Assembly: GCF_009914755.1 (NCBI RefSeq)
Contig: NC_060947.1
From: the human T2T-CHM13v2.0 reference genome, Homo sapiens
DNA: 64,000 nt
Reading direction: 5' to 3' (one strand)
Numbering within the stretch: position 1 is the stretch's first letter; each line of letters starts with the position of its first letter. This document shows positions 1 through 11,260 of this stretch, in pieces. The position numbers and the translations under genes are program-made. The notes under the pieces were generated by a model. It did no database searches. It was given only the letters and a program-made list of their open reading frames with translations, and was not told the DNA's origin.

Positions 1-240
1 CTCCAATGAGATAACATAGTAGTGGATTAGCCATTTCCTTGGAAATATTTTTTTAAAAAAGCAGTAAAATAGTTGGGATGAAGAAATAGAGGTAAAATGT
101 AAAAGATGATAAATGCTTTCATTCCGTTATGTTTAGTCTGTTCTGTAAAATTAAGAGATAGATACTTAGATATGATTAGTTTATTCAACAATGTAGGAGA
201 AGGAACATCATAATAAAACTGACTTCTTGCACACTGGCTC
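1..240 (+). other. 3' UTR remnant and polyA signal of a MAGE-B paralog lying upstream of the window
   Basis: Homologous to the 3' UTRs after the other MAGE exons (ttattcaacaatgtaggag...cataataaa at 181-217 vs ~20492-20528); AATAAA at 212-217. Confidence 0.75.
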
Positions 241-884
241 ACTTATTTCTCAAACATTACTTGGGCATCTGTTCTTTGGAGGGAAGGCGCCATGCTGGTA
301 CTGGGAATGTCAGGATAAACAAGACCCAAGGGCACGCACTGAATTGTAGAGTCTAAGAGCAGCTGTCATGTAAGGAAGATGGTGAGATATACCCTAAGAA
401 GTAAAGGATGAGTAAGAGAAGGTGGGAAGATCCAGATCAGAGCAGTCAAGTGAAAATGTCCTGAGGCAAGTGGGTTTGGGGCCTTAGGAAACTGCAAACC
501 CTTCAGTGTCAGTCAATTTTGTTAGTCTGGATAGTGGGTTGGTTGAGGCTGTGGGAGTACAGAGCAGGGGCCAGATCCTCAAAAAGACTAATGCCTAGAA
601 TGAAGAAGTGCTTTTAGCAGTTATTTTGAGGTAATAGATAAACCAGAAATAATTGTAAGATGGGAATGGAAGGTGTCTTGCATCCTTTTCCAGTGTCATT
701 TTTCCAGTGCAGTTGGGCACAGTCCACAAACTATGTTTTATGCACATCAGCTCCAGGGACCTTCTGAGAATCAAGGGTGACCTGACATGAATGTGCTCAA
801 AAGCCATTGTGCTGGCATTATTTGCTCTGGCCTGGGAGAAACAAGAGCCCACTAAACCCACTTAATTAAAAGGGCTTTTAAAAA

Positions 885-1041
885 AACTTGTACTTTAAGT
901 TCCTGGATACATGTGCAGAATGTGCAGGTTTGTTATATAGGTATGCATGGGCCATGGTGGTTTGCTGCACCTATTGACCCATCATCTAGGCTCCCTCCCC
1001 CTGCCCCTCACACCCCAACAGGACCCGGTGTGTGTTGTTCC
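885..1041 (-). mobile_element. L1PA-type 3' end fragment
   Basis: tactttaagttc...atacatgtgcagaatgtgcaggtttgtta is the reverse of an L1PA 3' UTR; flanked by a TSD-like taaaagggc(a)tttt. Confidence 0.85.
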
Positions 1042-2519
1042 TAAAAGGGCATTTTTATTAGGTTGTCTTTAGTATCATTTGGCAAACTCAAGTGAGGGCT
1101 AGATTTTTGATGCGAGTGAAAGAAATGAAAATAGGGGTGGTTTGGATGGAAGGATAGTTGAAGGGATGGAAGGAATTAGTCTTTGACATAAATTATAGGA
1201 GTCTTGAATCCAACTGGGGAAGACTACCCCACACCCGCAATAAATAAGAAATCCTCAAATTTGCAAAGTAAATAACTGAGTTTTACTTGCTAAGCGGCAT
1301 TTTTGGTTGATTTGTGTGCTGTATCATAGAGTGCTGCATATTTTCGGACATCTCTTGCTTTAAAAACAATCACAGAGATTTCAATAGGGCCTGGGGTCAA
1401 ACTAATAATAGTAACAAACGCTAGTTATTAAATATGCAATAAATAATAGGCACTTTTCCCAGAGTTTTCATACATTACATACAACCCAGAAATCCTACAA
1501 GGCAAGGCTTATCAAGGTCACTTCACAAAAAGCCTGAGCCTCATAGAGCTTTGCAATTTTCCTGACTTCACGTGGTTCATTAAGTGTCAAAATTAGAACC
1601 ATAGTCTGAATTTGTTTAGAACCCACACTGTTGCACTCCTTCCTGCATGAAGCACATGTCTGTCTTTTAATTCATTTCTCTTCTCACTACTGCACTGTGT
1701 CTCTAGGCAATAAAAAGAAGGAACCTGGGGCCAGTGTACTAAATCCAGATGTAATAAATAATGGAGAAAATGAGAATTGAACACCATTTGGGGACTGCCC
1801 GTGGGCCTCATTTTCGTAGGGTCCATCCACCCCTAGCTCCAGGGTTCTTTGGGAGCTGATTTTGCCCAGGTGCTGGCACCTGGGACCAGATCCAGCACTT
1901 CCCAAATTACACTGTTCTTTCCTTGAGTCAGCCCCTGTGAGTCCTTGTGCCCAAATCTGGATCCTTACCTGCTGTCCAGCTCTTCCCTGCTTCCTTCCAT
2001 GAAGGCTGCACCCTGCTCCCTATGGGAAAGAAAGCCCAGAATAACTTTCCTTCCTTTCTCCTGACTTAGAGCTTTCCAACTCCCTGCAGATGTCCTCTGT
2101 TTTGTCACATCACTCACTTGGAACTTCTCTGATAACAGCCCCTTCCATGTAATTGTTTACTTTGGCAGTGAACACTACATACCTGCTCATCTGCTCTGAG
2201 TAATTCCACCACACTCAAGATTTTTTCCAAGTCTGCCTGTGAGTCAGGTCAGACTTGGAACAGAATCTAACCTTGAAAGATAACTCTGAAGTTAGAGAGG
2301 AGGTGTAGAAAGCAGATGAAGTTAGAAAGAGAGGAGAATGTAATCTGGTGACTTATTTGAGACTAGCACTGAATCCATACACTAGTGAGCTTAAGTGAAT
2401 GGTGAAAATATCGAAGCCTCTGTCTCAAGTGGTGGATAAGGAAGGACCTAGGAAATAACTGTGTATCAACCATGTCCAGAAATTGGATTCCTATAAATCC
2501 TGGTGTACTAGGAGCATGT

Positions 2520-3150
2520 AGTAGATTTCTATGCTGACATAACAAATGCCATACAGTAAGACACTTAAAATAACATATTGATTAGATCACCCTTCTGTAG
2601 GTGAGAAGTATGGGTTGGTTCTGCTGGTTTCTTTGCTTAGGGTTACACAGGCCCAAATCAAGCTGTCAAAGCCTGGCTTCTTATTGGGACACACTGTGAA
2701 GAATCCCATTTCAGGCTTATTCAGGTCATTATATGAGGAACCCAGTTCTTTGTGGTTGTAAGAAGAGTGAGGAGTAAGTCTCCTTTCAGGCTATCAGTTG
2801 GAGCTGCCATATTTTCTCCAGGCCTGTGTCCAGTCTTTGCATGTGGGCCTCTACTTTTGAGTCAGACTTGGGACATTGAACCTGTCTCACGCTTGGAATT
2901 TCTCTAACTTCTGTCTCTGCTGCATATCTCTTCTGCCTCCAGGTGGAGAAACTTCTCTGCTTGTAAGGGCTCATCTAATTAGATTTGGCCCATGTAGGCA
3001 ATCCAGTGTAATCTCTCTATTTTCAGGTCGGTTTCATAATTTTAATTATATTTGCAAAGTGCCTTTGGCCATGTAACATAACATATTCATGGGTTTCAGG
3101 AATGAGGATATGTGAATCTTCGTGGAGCAATTATTCAGTCTACCACAGAG
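2520..3150. mobile_element. MLT1-type (ERVL-MaLR) LTR; homologous copies at ~12745-13370 and ~23080-24235
   Basis: MLT-like ends (ataacaaatgccata ... ttattcagtctaccaca), at the same position in three duplicated units. Confidence 0.65.
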
Positions 3151-3689
3151 GTAGAATATGTCTCTCTGGCAGACATGCCAGCTTTGATAAGAAAAGAAAA
3201 ACCATAATTCGCCATCATTCTCCTGATTCTTGTCTGTATCTGCGCCAAGGGAAAATCCTGGTTTTTCATTGCGCCTAAGGGCACCTGTACATGTGCTCAG
3301 GTGTACATGTTCATCAGGTGGTGGGTAGCAGGACTCACAAGTTACGTTTTTAACAATACATCAAAAGAAGGAAGAAATTTTTCAGTCTCTTGAGATTATA
3401 GAGGTCATTGAAAAGGTCAGTGCAGAAAGGTGTTATTGAGTGCAGCGGGGTGAACCCTCCTTGCTGAGATTTACAGGATCGTTTTGAAAATTAGTGTGAT
3501 TCTGGATTTGAAATTACCTGTCACATATAGACACTAGAAAATGTTGTTGTTTAGCAAAGATATTTGATATTCTCAGAAACTCCTCCAAGACTTAAGAAGG
3601 GTGTTTTCATAACAAATTTATAGTAGTAGCTTTTATTGAGCTTTTACTATTATAATAGTTAATTGGACAGACTGCAAGTGCTCATCCAC

Positions 3690-4020
3690 TTTGTGTCTTG
3701 CTTTCTATCCTTGGTTCATATGGAGACTACATTGCCAGTCCACTTGTAGTTTGGAAAGGTCATGTGACTACCCCCCTTGACACTGAAATATGAACAGTAG
3801 CATGCTTTTCCCTTTCAGATCAAAGTGTTTGAGAGCCAGTCTGCCACCTCCATGCCTTCTCTTCCATGCTGAGATATGGAGCCACAGTATAGAAGCAGCA
3901 TGGATCCCTGGGACACCTGACAGCAAAAAATCCCTATTAATTAATATCAAAGTTTATTTGCATAAGAGATAAACCTTTAGTGTGTTAAGCCATTGAGATT
4001 TCAGCCTTTTGCCATTACAT
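3690..4020. mobile_element. Old MLT1-like LTR fragment; copies at ~13890-14220 and ~25100-25360
   Basis: gactacattgccag ... aaacctttagtgtgttaagccattgagatt motifs. Confidence 0.5.
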
Positions 4021-4346
4021 CTCATACATACTTTATCTGTACAATACACAACTACTAATTCCATTGTTATTATTATTTAAATATTTTAATTACCAAGAAA
4101 ATAGTGTATGTATTCTTGTTGCCAAAAATTCTAATACAGATAAATCAAAATTTCGCTTCCTTACTATGTCCCTCCAAAATTCAATACCTCCTCATATGTA
4201 ACCACATTTTTTAAATCCTGCATGTAGTATTTTTAAATGTATTATAGGCTTTCTCTTATATACATGTGCAACAAAAATACACTGTGAGGGTTTTTTTGCT
4301 TTTGTTTGCTCCTTTTTCTTCTTAATTTTTATTTACTTATTTATTT

Positions 4347-4497
4347 CTTTTAGAGACGGTGCCTCGCTCTGTTGCCCAGACTGGAGTGCAGTGGTGTGAT
4401 CATAACTCAGTATAGCCTAGAACTCCTGAGCTCAAGCAATCCTCCCACCTCAGCCTTTCAAGCAGCTAGGAGTACAGTTGGGAGCCACTGTACCTGG
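4347..4497 (-). mobile_element. Alu monomer (FLAM/AluJ-like)
   Basis: Single-arm Alu similarity (cgctctgttgcccagactggagtgcagtgg) after a T-rich tail. Confidence 0.85.
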
Positions 4498-5719
4498 TTA
4501 CTGTGAGTTTTAAATATACATTGATAACTGTTTACATATTGCTCCACAATATGCCTTAGAATTTTGATATTTCAATAACACATTTCTCTTTACTTTGAGA
4601 AGAAAGGATTTACTCAGAATGACAAGGTTCCAGGAAATGTGCCTTAACAAGAAAACCTCAATTAGTGAAGGACATCAGGAAAACTGGGCACTGGAACAAT
4701 TTCCAGAATCCACGAGAGAGATCATAAGCTAAACAAAGTCCAGAGAACTCAGGGCACGGGGTAGTCAGGGATCTGTATCCAGAGTTCAGCGTGGGGTAGC
4801 AATGGGACAAGAAGGAGTAAAGATGAGGAAACTGGTGGTGTCTTGGACAACTTTTCTGAATAGCCTTGGCAATCTCTGAATCATCATTACCAGCATGAAG
4901 TTGTAGGCTGAGCTGTCCAGAGGCGTGCTCTGCTAGAGTCTTCCCTTCCCACTTCTCAGGCAGAGTGTGGCTTGCTACCCTGCGTCAATTAATACCAGTT
5001 ATGATATTAATTGATCCTGGGAGAGCTACATCTCTTCACTACTCTGGTCGTTCAGGGCACCCTTTCCAGTGTAGCAGGGTTGAGAGCTGTCTTGATGCCT
5101 ATAAGAAAGAATGTATGTGGCCCTTGTATATGTGGCCCCCCTTGAGTATGTGGCCCTCCTACCACTGAGGTTGAAGCTGTGCAAATAGACATGATTGGTG
5201 ATTAATGACAGTTAAAACAGGGCAAATAGTACCAATGAGTAGTGGCATAGTGTAGATTCAAGGAGGGGGGAATTGGAAAAGGGATTTCCTGAGACGAACT
5301 ACCTCACTGACTCTGTAACTAAAAGGCTGAGCGTGCATATGCCTTTAAACAAGGATCCAGATGTTATCCCCAACTCCGAATACTTCCTAACATCACTGAC
5401 TTCTTTGCAGAACAGAGGGCTGATTTTTTGTTGCTGTGTCTGGTGGCCTTTGTTGCCACCAAACACTGTAGTAGGGTGCTGGTTTTCAAGGCAAGTATTT
5501 CCAGGGTAGATGGAGAACCATTGCAGATGCTGCAGCTCCTTATTGAATGGACTGCAGGTAACAAGTATAGGTGGAGTCCAAATCTCTATCTTCTTTACTG
5601 TTATAATCCTGACTTGATTCGAATCAACTGAAAATTTTTATAAAGGGGGATTCTGCACTAGCCATTTGCAAAGTTATTACATGATCTGTAGTAAAATTTA
5701 CATCATTTCTCACTGTGAG

Positions 5720-7900
5720 GTAGGGGCATTGGACCGGGTGTCATTCTCAGATCCACAGAGGGAGGAGTCCCAGTCTCTAAAAGGAATAAAAATGAAGACC
5801 CTGATGAAGTTTTGAAAGAGTCACCCACTCCATAACAGACTGCTCAGCACAGAGACCACCCCTGCTGTTAACATTTCTAAGCCAATGCCTCGATGTTAGG
5901 CCCAGAAGCCTCCTCACTTCACCCTCTGTAGTCCAGGGATATGGGACTGTGGGGTGAAGTGGTTGGGGACGAAGGCTTTGTTTTAAAGCTGAATGACTCA
6001 GATCAGGAGGAGGAGTCGTCCCAGGCCCCCCAGAGTCAATGAAAGACCCCTATGCAACTTCTGTCAGAATTCCCTACTCCCACAAAACACAAGCCACCCC
6101 CTTACTTCTAAGAGCTGCACCCCTGCTCTCAGCACTGGGTCCCATATGGGGGTGGCTAGAATTGGCTTCCCCAACTTCTGACTCTAACTTCTCAGAAGAA
6201 TGAAGGCATTAGTCTGAGCAGGGTAGCCTCAAATCAGCAGAAAAGAGAGTTCCAGAGATTTCCAGGTCCTGTCAGGAGTTAAGTTAAAGACCTTAACTGA
6301 GATCTGAGGACTCTTTATACCAGAAGAGAGAAGGACCAACAGAATCCCAGCCCTGTGTAAGCCCTGGGAGACCCTGGACAGGGATCCTCTGATGTAGTGC
6401 CCTTTGAATTCCCAGGATCCTGGGAGGTGACAGCATTGAACCATGCTTTGGCATCAGACCAGTAGAGAGCAGGGTTCCAGACCTTCCAGCAGTGATGGTG
6501 AAGACCCTAATATTTGAGGCAACTATCCACACCAGATCAGAAGGGCTCCACAGCATCCAGGCTTCTGCTTTCAGGCCTGAGAAGCCCATGAATGGAGTGG
6601 CCAGATATAAAAGTCTCTGAGTTCCACCTCTGGATTTTTAGGGAAGTTAAAAAACTGGTGCCAGAGGGAGGTGTTAAATCAGCAGAGGGAGGAGTTCCAG
6701 GCCCTGCTAGGAGGTAAGATAAAGACCCTTTGTGAGGTGTAAGGGTAATAGCCATGCCCTTGCTGTTAGTGGTAGCCAACCTTGGGCAAAAAAAAACCTC
6801 TTATATAGCACCCTCTGAATTCCCTCTTTGGAAATTCAAGGAGAGGACAGCATTGGACCAAGGTTACAGCCTCAGGCCAGCAGATAAGAGTCCCAGGCCC
6901 TAACAGAAGTAAAGGTGAGGAAACTGAGTGAGATCAGAAGGAACCACCCACCACAAAAGAGAGGGGTTCATAACAGAGTCTGCCCCTGCTCTCAGCCCAG
7001 GGAGGTCCCAGGTTGGAGTGGCTATTGTGACACTTTCTGAATTCCATTACTGCTTTCTCAAAGAAGTGAAGAGGTTTAGGTTGTCAGAGGAGCTATTTTG
7101 AGGCCTTGCCAAAAGGGAATACAAAGATCTTGAGTGAAGTTTGAGGGGGACTTCCACTCCAAAAGACGGGCCCCATGGATTCATGACAGGTCCAGGACAG
7201 GGCCTGATGAAGCACCCTCTGAATTCTGGTGAGAACTCAGGGAGGGGAGGGCGTTGGACCAGAGTGTCAGCCTCTGGTCAGCAGAGAAGGAGTCCCAAGC
7301 CCTAAGAAGAGTAAAAAGAATCCTGAGTTCTGAGGGAGCCATCCACCCCAGATCAAAAGGGGACAGCACAGAGTCCCATCTATGCTGTCAACCCTGAGGG
7401 ACTGTGGGGTAGATATGTTAGGCTGAGGTCTCTCTCACTTTCTCCTTTTGTAACTCAGAGATGTGAGGGCCTTGCTCTGAGGGGATAGGTCTCAGGCCAT
7501 CACAGGGTGAAGTCCCAGGGCCTAGCAGAAGCCAAGGTGAAAACCCTGAGTGAAGAATGAGAACACTAAGGATCCCAGAATATAGAAGGTCCCTCAGAGC
7601 TTTTCTATTGTAGTCATCCTGGATGTCCTCAGGCAGGTGTGGTCAGATGAGTTTCCCTTTCAGTTTCTCTACCAGGGTAGCAGGGAAATGAGGGGACTGA
7701 AATGAGGGGTCAGTAGAGTAGAGGGATCCCAGAACCTGCCAGAAATCAAGAGGACAGTTCTGAATGTGAACTAAGAAAAGAGTCCCTACCCAAGAACAAA
7801 GGGGCCTCCACAAAGCCTGGACCTGCCAGGCCTGGCTGTCATCACCCAGTAAGCCCCAGGCAGATCTGGCAAGTGGCAACCTAAAACACATCCTAGTTAT
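5720..7900 (+). repeat. MAGE 5' module array 1: about 10 diverged ~200-250 bp units upstream of MAGEB10
   Basis: Recurring cagcagagggaggagtcccagg...aaggtgaggaccctgagtgag...cacccacccc...cctgctgtcagccctgggagg; anchors near 5754, 6004, 6235, 6458, 6679, 6878, 7085, 7279, 7498, 7710. Confidence 0.85.
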
Positions 7901-8037
7901 TTCACAGAGTACTCAGGGGGCAGGCAAATCAAAGAATAGGGGCCTTGTTTTTCCTTGAGTAATGCACCAAGAAAACTTTCAGAGGTGGCCGTCAATAAAG
8001 CTAAAGTTGTATCTCTCTGCTGAATGGGCACACCCCA

Positions 8038-8057
8038 TTTCATCTTCTCTTCTCCAG
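8038..8057 (+). promoter_or_regulatory. Splice acceptor of the MAGEB10 coding exon
   Basis: Pyrimidine tract tttcatcttctcttctccAG; homologous acceptors at 18924-18925 and 41072-41073. Confidence 0.85.
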
Positions 8058-8106
8058 GTCACGGGATCACCTGCCTTTTTGGCTGCTGCACCTGAACAGA
8101 GTCATC

Positions 8107-9150
8107 ATGCCTCGAGGTCAGAAGAGTAAACTCCGTGCCAGGGAAAAACGCCGTCAGGCCCGAGGAGGGCTGGAAGATTTGATAGATGCTCTGGACATTT
8201 TAGAAGAGGAGGAAGAATCTCCCCCCTCTGCCTCTGCTTGTTTGAAGGATGTTTTCCAGAGTTCACTTGATGGGGCATCCAACAATCCCCATGGACTTCG
8301 GGAAGCCCAATCCACCAGCACATCTGCTACAGCTGCTTCACACACAAGACATCCCGAAGGAGTCAACGACCAAATGGAAGAAAGGCCAATATGCACACAA
8401 GATCTAGAAGCCACTGATAGCTTTCCCAGAGGCCCTGTAGATGAGAAAGTAATTATATTGGTGCATTACTTGCTGTACAAGTACCAAATGAAAGAGCCCA
8501 TTACAAAGGCAGATATGCTGAGAAATGTAACCCAAATGTCCAAGAGCCAGTTCCCTGTAATCCTGAGCAGAGCTTCTGAGCACCTGGAGCTGATCTTTGG
8601 TCTTGACCTGAAGGAAGTGGAGCCTAATAAGCACATCTATGTCCTTGTCAACAAACTAGATCTAGGCTGTGATGCAAAGCTGAGTGATGAAACAGGCGTG
8701 CCCAAGACTGGCCTGCTGATGACTGTCCTGGGTATTATCTTCACAAATGGCAATTGTGTCGCTGAGGAGGAAGTCTGGAAAGTGTTTAACACGATGGGGT
8801 TATATGACGGAATTGAGCACTTCATGTTTGGGGAGCCCAGGAAGCTCCTTACCAAAGATTTGGTGAAAGAAAATTACCTGGAGTACCAGCAAGTGCCCAA
8901 CAGTGATCCTCCACGCTATCAATTCCTATGGGGCCCAAGAGCCCATGCTGAAACCAGCAAGATGAAAGTTCTTGAGTTTTTGGCCAAGGTAAATGATACA
9001 GCTCCCAGTGAATTCTCAAACTGGTATACAGAGGCTTTACAAGATGAGGAAGAGAGAGCCAGAGCCAGAGTTGCAGCCAAGGCTCGCGTTAGTGCCACAG
9101 CCGGTGCACGTTCCAAGGTTAAGTCCAGCAAGTCCTCCCAACTGCAGTAA
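8107..9150 (+). CDS. MAGEB10: Melanoma-associated antigen B10, intact single-exon MAGE ORF (347 aa)
   Basis: [20 protein letters not shown]-terminus and complete MAGE homology domain ([55 protein letters not shown]); Kozak gtcatcATG; family certain, member recognised from memory. Confidence 0.93.
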   Translation: MPRGQKSKLRAREKRRQARGGLEDLIDALDILEEEEESPPSASACLKDVFQSSLDGASNNPHGLREAQSTSTSATAASHTRHPEGVNDQMEERPICTQDLEATDSFPRGPVDEKVIILVHYLLYKYQMKEPITKADMLRNVTQMSKSQFPVILSRASEHLELIFGLDLKEVEPNKHIYVLVNKLDLGCDAKLSDETGVPKTGLLMTVLGIIFTNGNCVAEEEVWKVFNTMGLYDGIEHFMFGEPRKLLTKDLVKENYLEYQQVPNSDPPRYQFLWGPRAHAETSKMKVLEFLAKVNDTAPSEFSNWYTEALQDEEERARARVAAKARVSATAGARSKVKSSKSSQLQ

Positions 9151-9533
9151 AGTCTGAGGGAGATTCTTCATTTGTGTTTGAAAAGAAATGCACATTCTGA
9201 GCTGTGGGAGGTCAGGGTGGGACTGGAGACAACACAGTGAATAATATGTTTGTGTTAATGTTCTATGTGATGGCTTGGAATTTTTGAAGATGTTGTTCCT
9301 TTAATAGATGGTTAAAGTAGCTTCACTATCTAAGTTTATGAATGACATTGCTCAAATTTTTCTGTATGTGAGATTAAGAGTAAGCGATTTATTGCTTTAT
9401 AAGTCTAATTGGGAAACTCTCCATTTATTTAGTGATCGAAACACGATAGCATGGTAGTAAATTAGGCATTTCCTAATTCAATGTGAAATAATTTAGGAGT
9501 GTAATAAATGGGATCAAGAAATAGAGCAAAGAG

Positions 9534-9831
9534 GGTCGGGTGCGGTGGCTCACACCTGTAATCCTAGCACTTTGGGAGGCCGAGGCAGGCGGATCATGAG
9601 GTCAGGAGATCAAGACCATCTTGGCTAACACAGTGAAACCCCGTCTCTACTAAAAATACAAAAAATTAGCCAGGCGTGGTGGCGGGTTCCTGTAGTCCTA
9701 GCTGCTCAGGAGGCTGAGGCAGGAGAATGGCGTAAACCCGGGAGGCGGAGCTTGCAGTGAGCCAAGATCACACGACTGCATTCTAGCCTGGGTGACAGAG
9801 CGAGACTCTGTCTCAAAAAAGAAAAAAAAAA
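9534..9831 (+). mobile_element. AluY in the MAGEB10 3' UTR
   Basis: Full dimer with AluY-type gagatcaagaccatcttggctaacac and gcggagcttgcagtgag; A tail; TSD-like aaatagag(c/a)aaa. Confidence 0.95.
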
Positions 9832-9961
9832 TAGAGAAAACAGTAAAAGATGGCTAATTATTACATTCCCTATTGACTTTTATTCTGTTGTTATGTAAAA
9901 TTAAAAGATATATGCCAGGATATGCTTACATTATTCAAGAATATATAATTAATTACATTGT

Positions 9962-9967
9962 AATAAA
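9962..9967 (+). terminator. Probable MAGEB10 polyadenylation signal
   Basis: AATAAA at the position homologous to 212-217 and 20523-20528; another AATAAA at 9503-9508. Confidence 0.65.
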
Positions 9968-10276
9968 TTAGACCTTTTGCACATTGGTTCATCTGTTCCT
10001 TAAACATTAATTGAGCATCTGCTCTTTGGATGGCCTTGTGCTAGGATGTCAGGATAAGGAAGATCTACCTGTGCTCATTGGGTTTTAGAATCTAGGAGAA
10101 GATGTTACATAAGGAATATGGTGAGATACCCACTAAGTCCTAGAGGACAAGTCAAACAAAGTGAGAATGTAGGAAGAGGGTTATCTAGATGAGAGCATCA
10201 AATGTAAATGCCTTAAGGCAAATGGGATTGGAGGTTTGGGAAATTGAAAGTCTTTCAGTGTGAATCAGTTGTGTGG

Positions 10277-10576
10277 TTTTTTTGGTTTTTGGTTTTTTTT
10301 TCCTCACTCTTGTCACCCAGGCTGAAATGCAGTGGTGGGAATCACAACTCACTGCAGCCTCAACATCCTGGGCTCAGGTGATTCTCCTACCTCAGCCTCC
10401 TGAGTAGCTGAGACTACAGGTGCACGCCATCGTGCCTGGTTAATTTTTTATACTTTTAGTAGAGACAGGGTTTCGCCTTGTGGCCCAGGCTGTTCTCCAA
10501 CTCCTGGACTCAAGCAATCTGCCTGCCTCAGCCTCCCTAAGTGCTGGAATTACAGGTGTGAGCCACTGTGCTTGCT
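10277..10576 (-). mobile_element. AluJ
   Basis: Diverged reverse Alu dimer (actgcagcctcaacatcctgggctcagg). Confidence 0.9.
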
Positions 10577-10910
10577 TGGTCAGATGAGGCTCTGAGAGTG
10601 GTGAGCAGTGGCCATCCTGTCTGAAGACATGTCCAGGGTTGAAACACTAAGGTCTGGAATGGACAGGTAGTTACAGCAGTTGCTTGGGCTCATGGATAAA
10701 ACAGAAAGAAATCTTCACCTGGGGCAGGAATGAAAGGTTTCCTGTGCTCTCCTAACTCCAGTGCAGTTGATCACAGACCACAAACCACGTGTTCTATACA
10801 CATCATCTCCAGCAAGTTTCTGAGAAATAAGGGTAATACTATCTTAACATGGGATGCTCAGAAGCCACTTTACTGACACTCTTTGCTCTGGCCTGGGAAA
10901 GACAGAGCCT

Positions 10911-11260
10911 GTGTTATTTTATTTTGTGTTGCTATAATAGAATGCCAGAGACTGGGTTACTTTTAAGGAAAAGAATTTTTTTCACAGTAGTGGAGGCTGG
11001 GAAGTCCAAGATCAAGGTGTTTGGTGGCATCAAGGGAGGGATGTCTTGCTGGGCCTTCCCATGGCAGAAAGTGAGGCAGTGAGAGAGGGAAAGCAAGAGA
11101 AAAGGGGACCAAACATACTTTTTGAAGCAAACCCACTCCTGTGATAAAGGTATTAATCCATTTATAAGGGCATATCTCTCACGGCCTAATTACTTCTCAT
11201 CAGGTCCTACCTCACAATACTGTTGGAGTGCCTTTTGGGAGACACATTCCTGTTCACAGC
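10911..11260. mobile_element. MST/MLT1A-type LTR
   Basis: gttgctataatagaatgccagagactggg...ggaggctgggaagtccaagatcaagg. Confidence 0.8.

Noticed and set aside
5720-7900. CRISPR-like or mobile-element reading of the periodic repeats
   Set aside because: Mammalian DNA; units are long, diverged MAGE 5' modules without identical repeats and unique spacers
8105-9131. Minus-strand ORFs over MAGEB10, and similar ones over the pseudogenes
   Set aside because: Antisense shadows of the MAGE frame with no independent protein similarity
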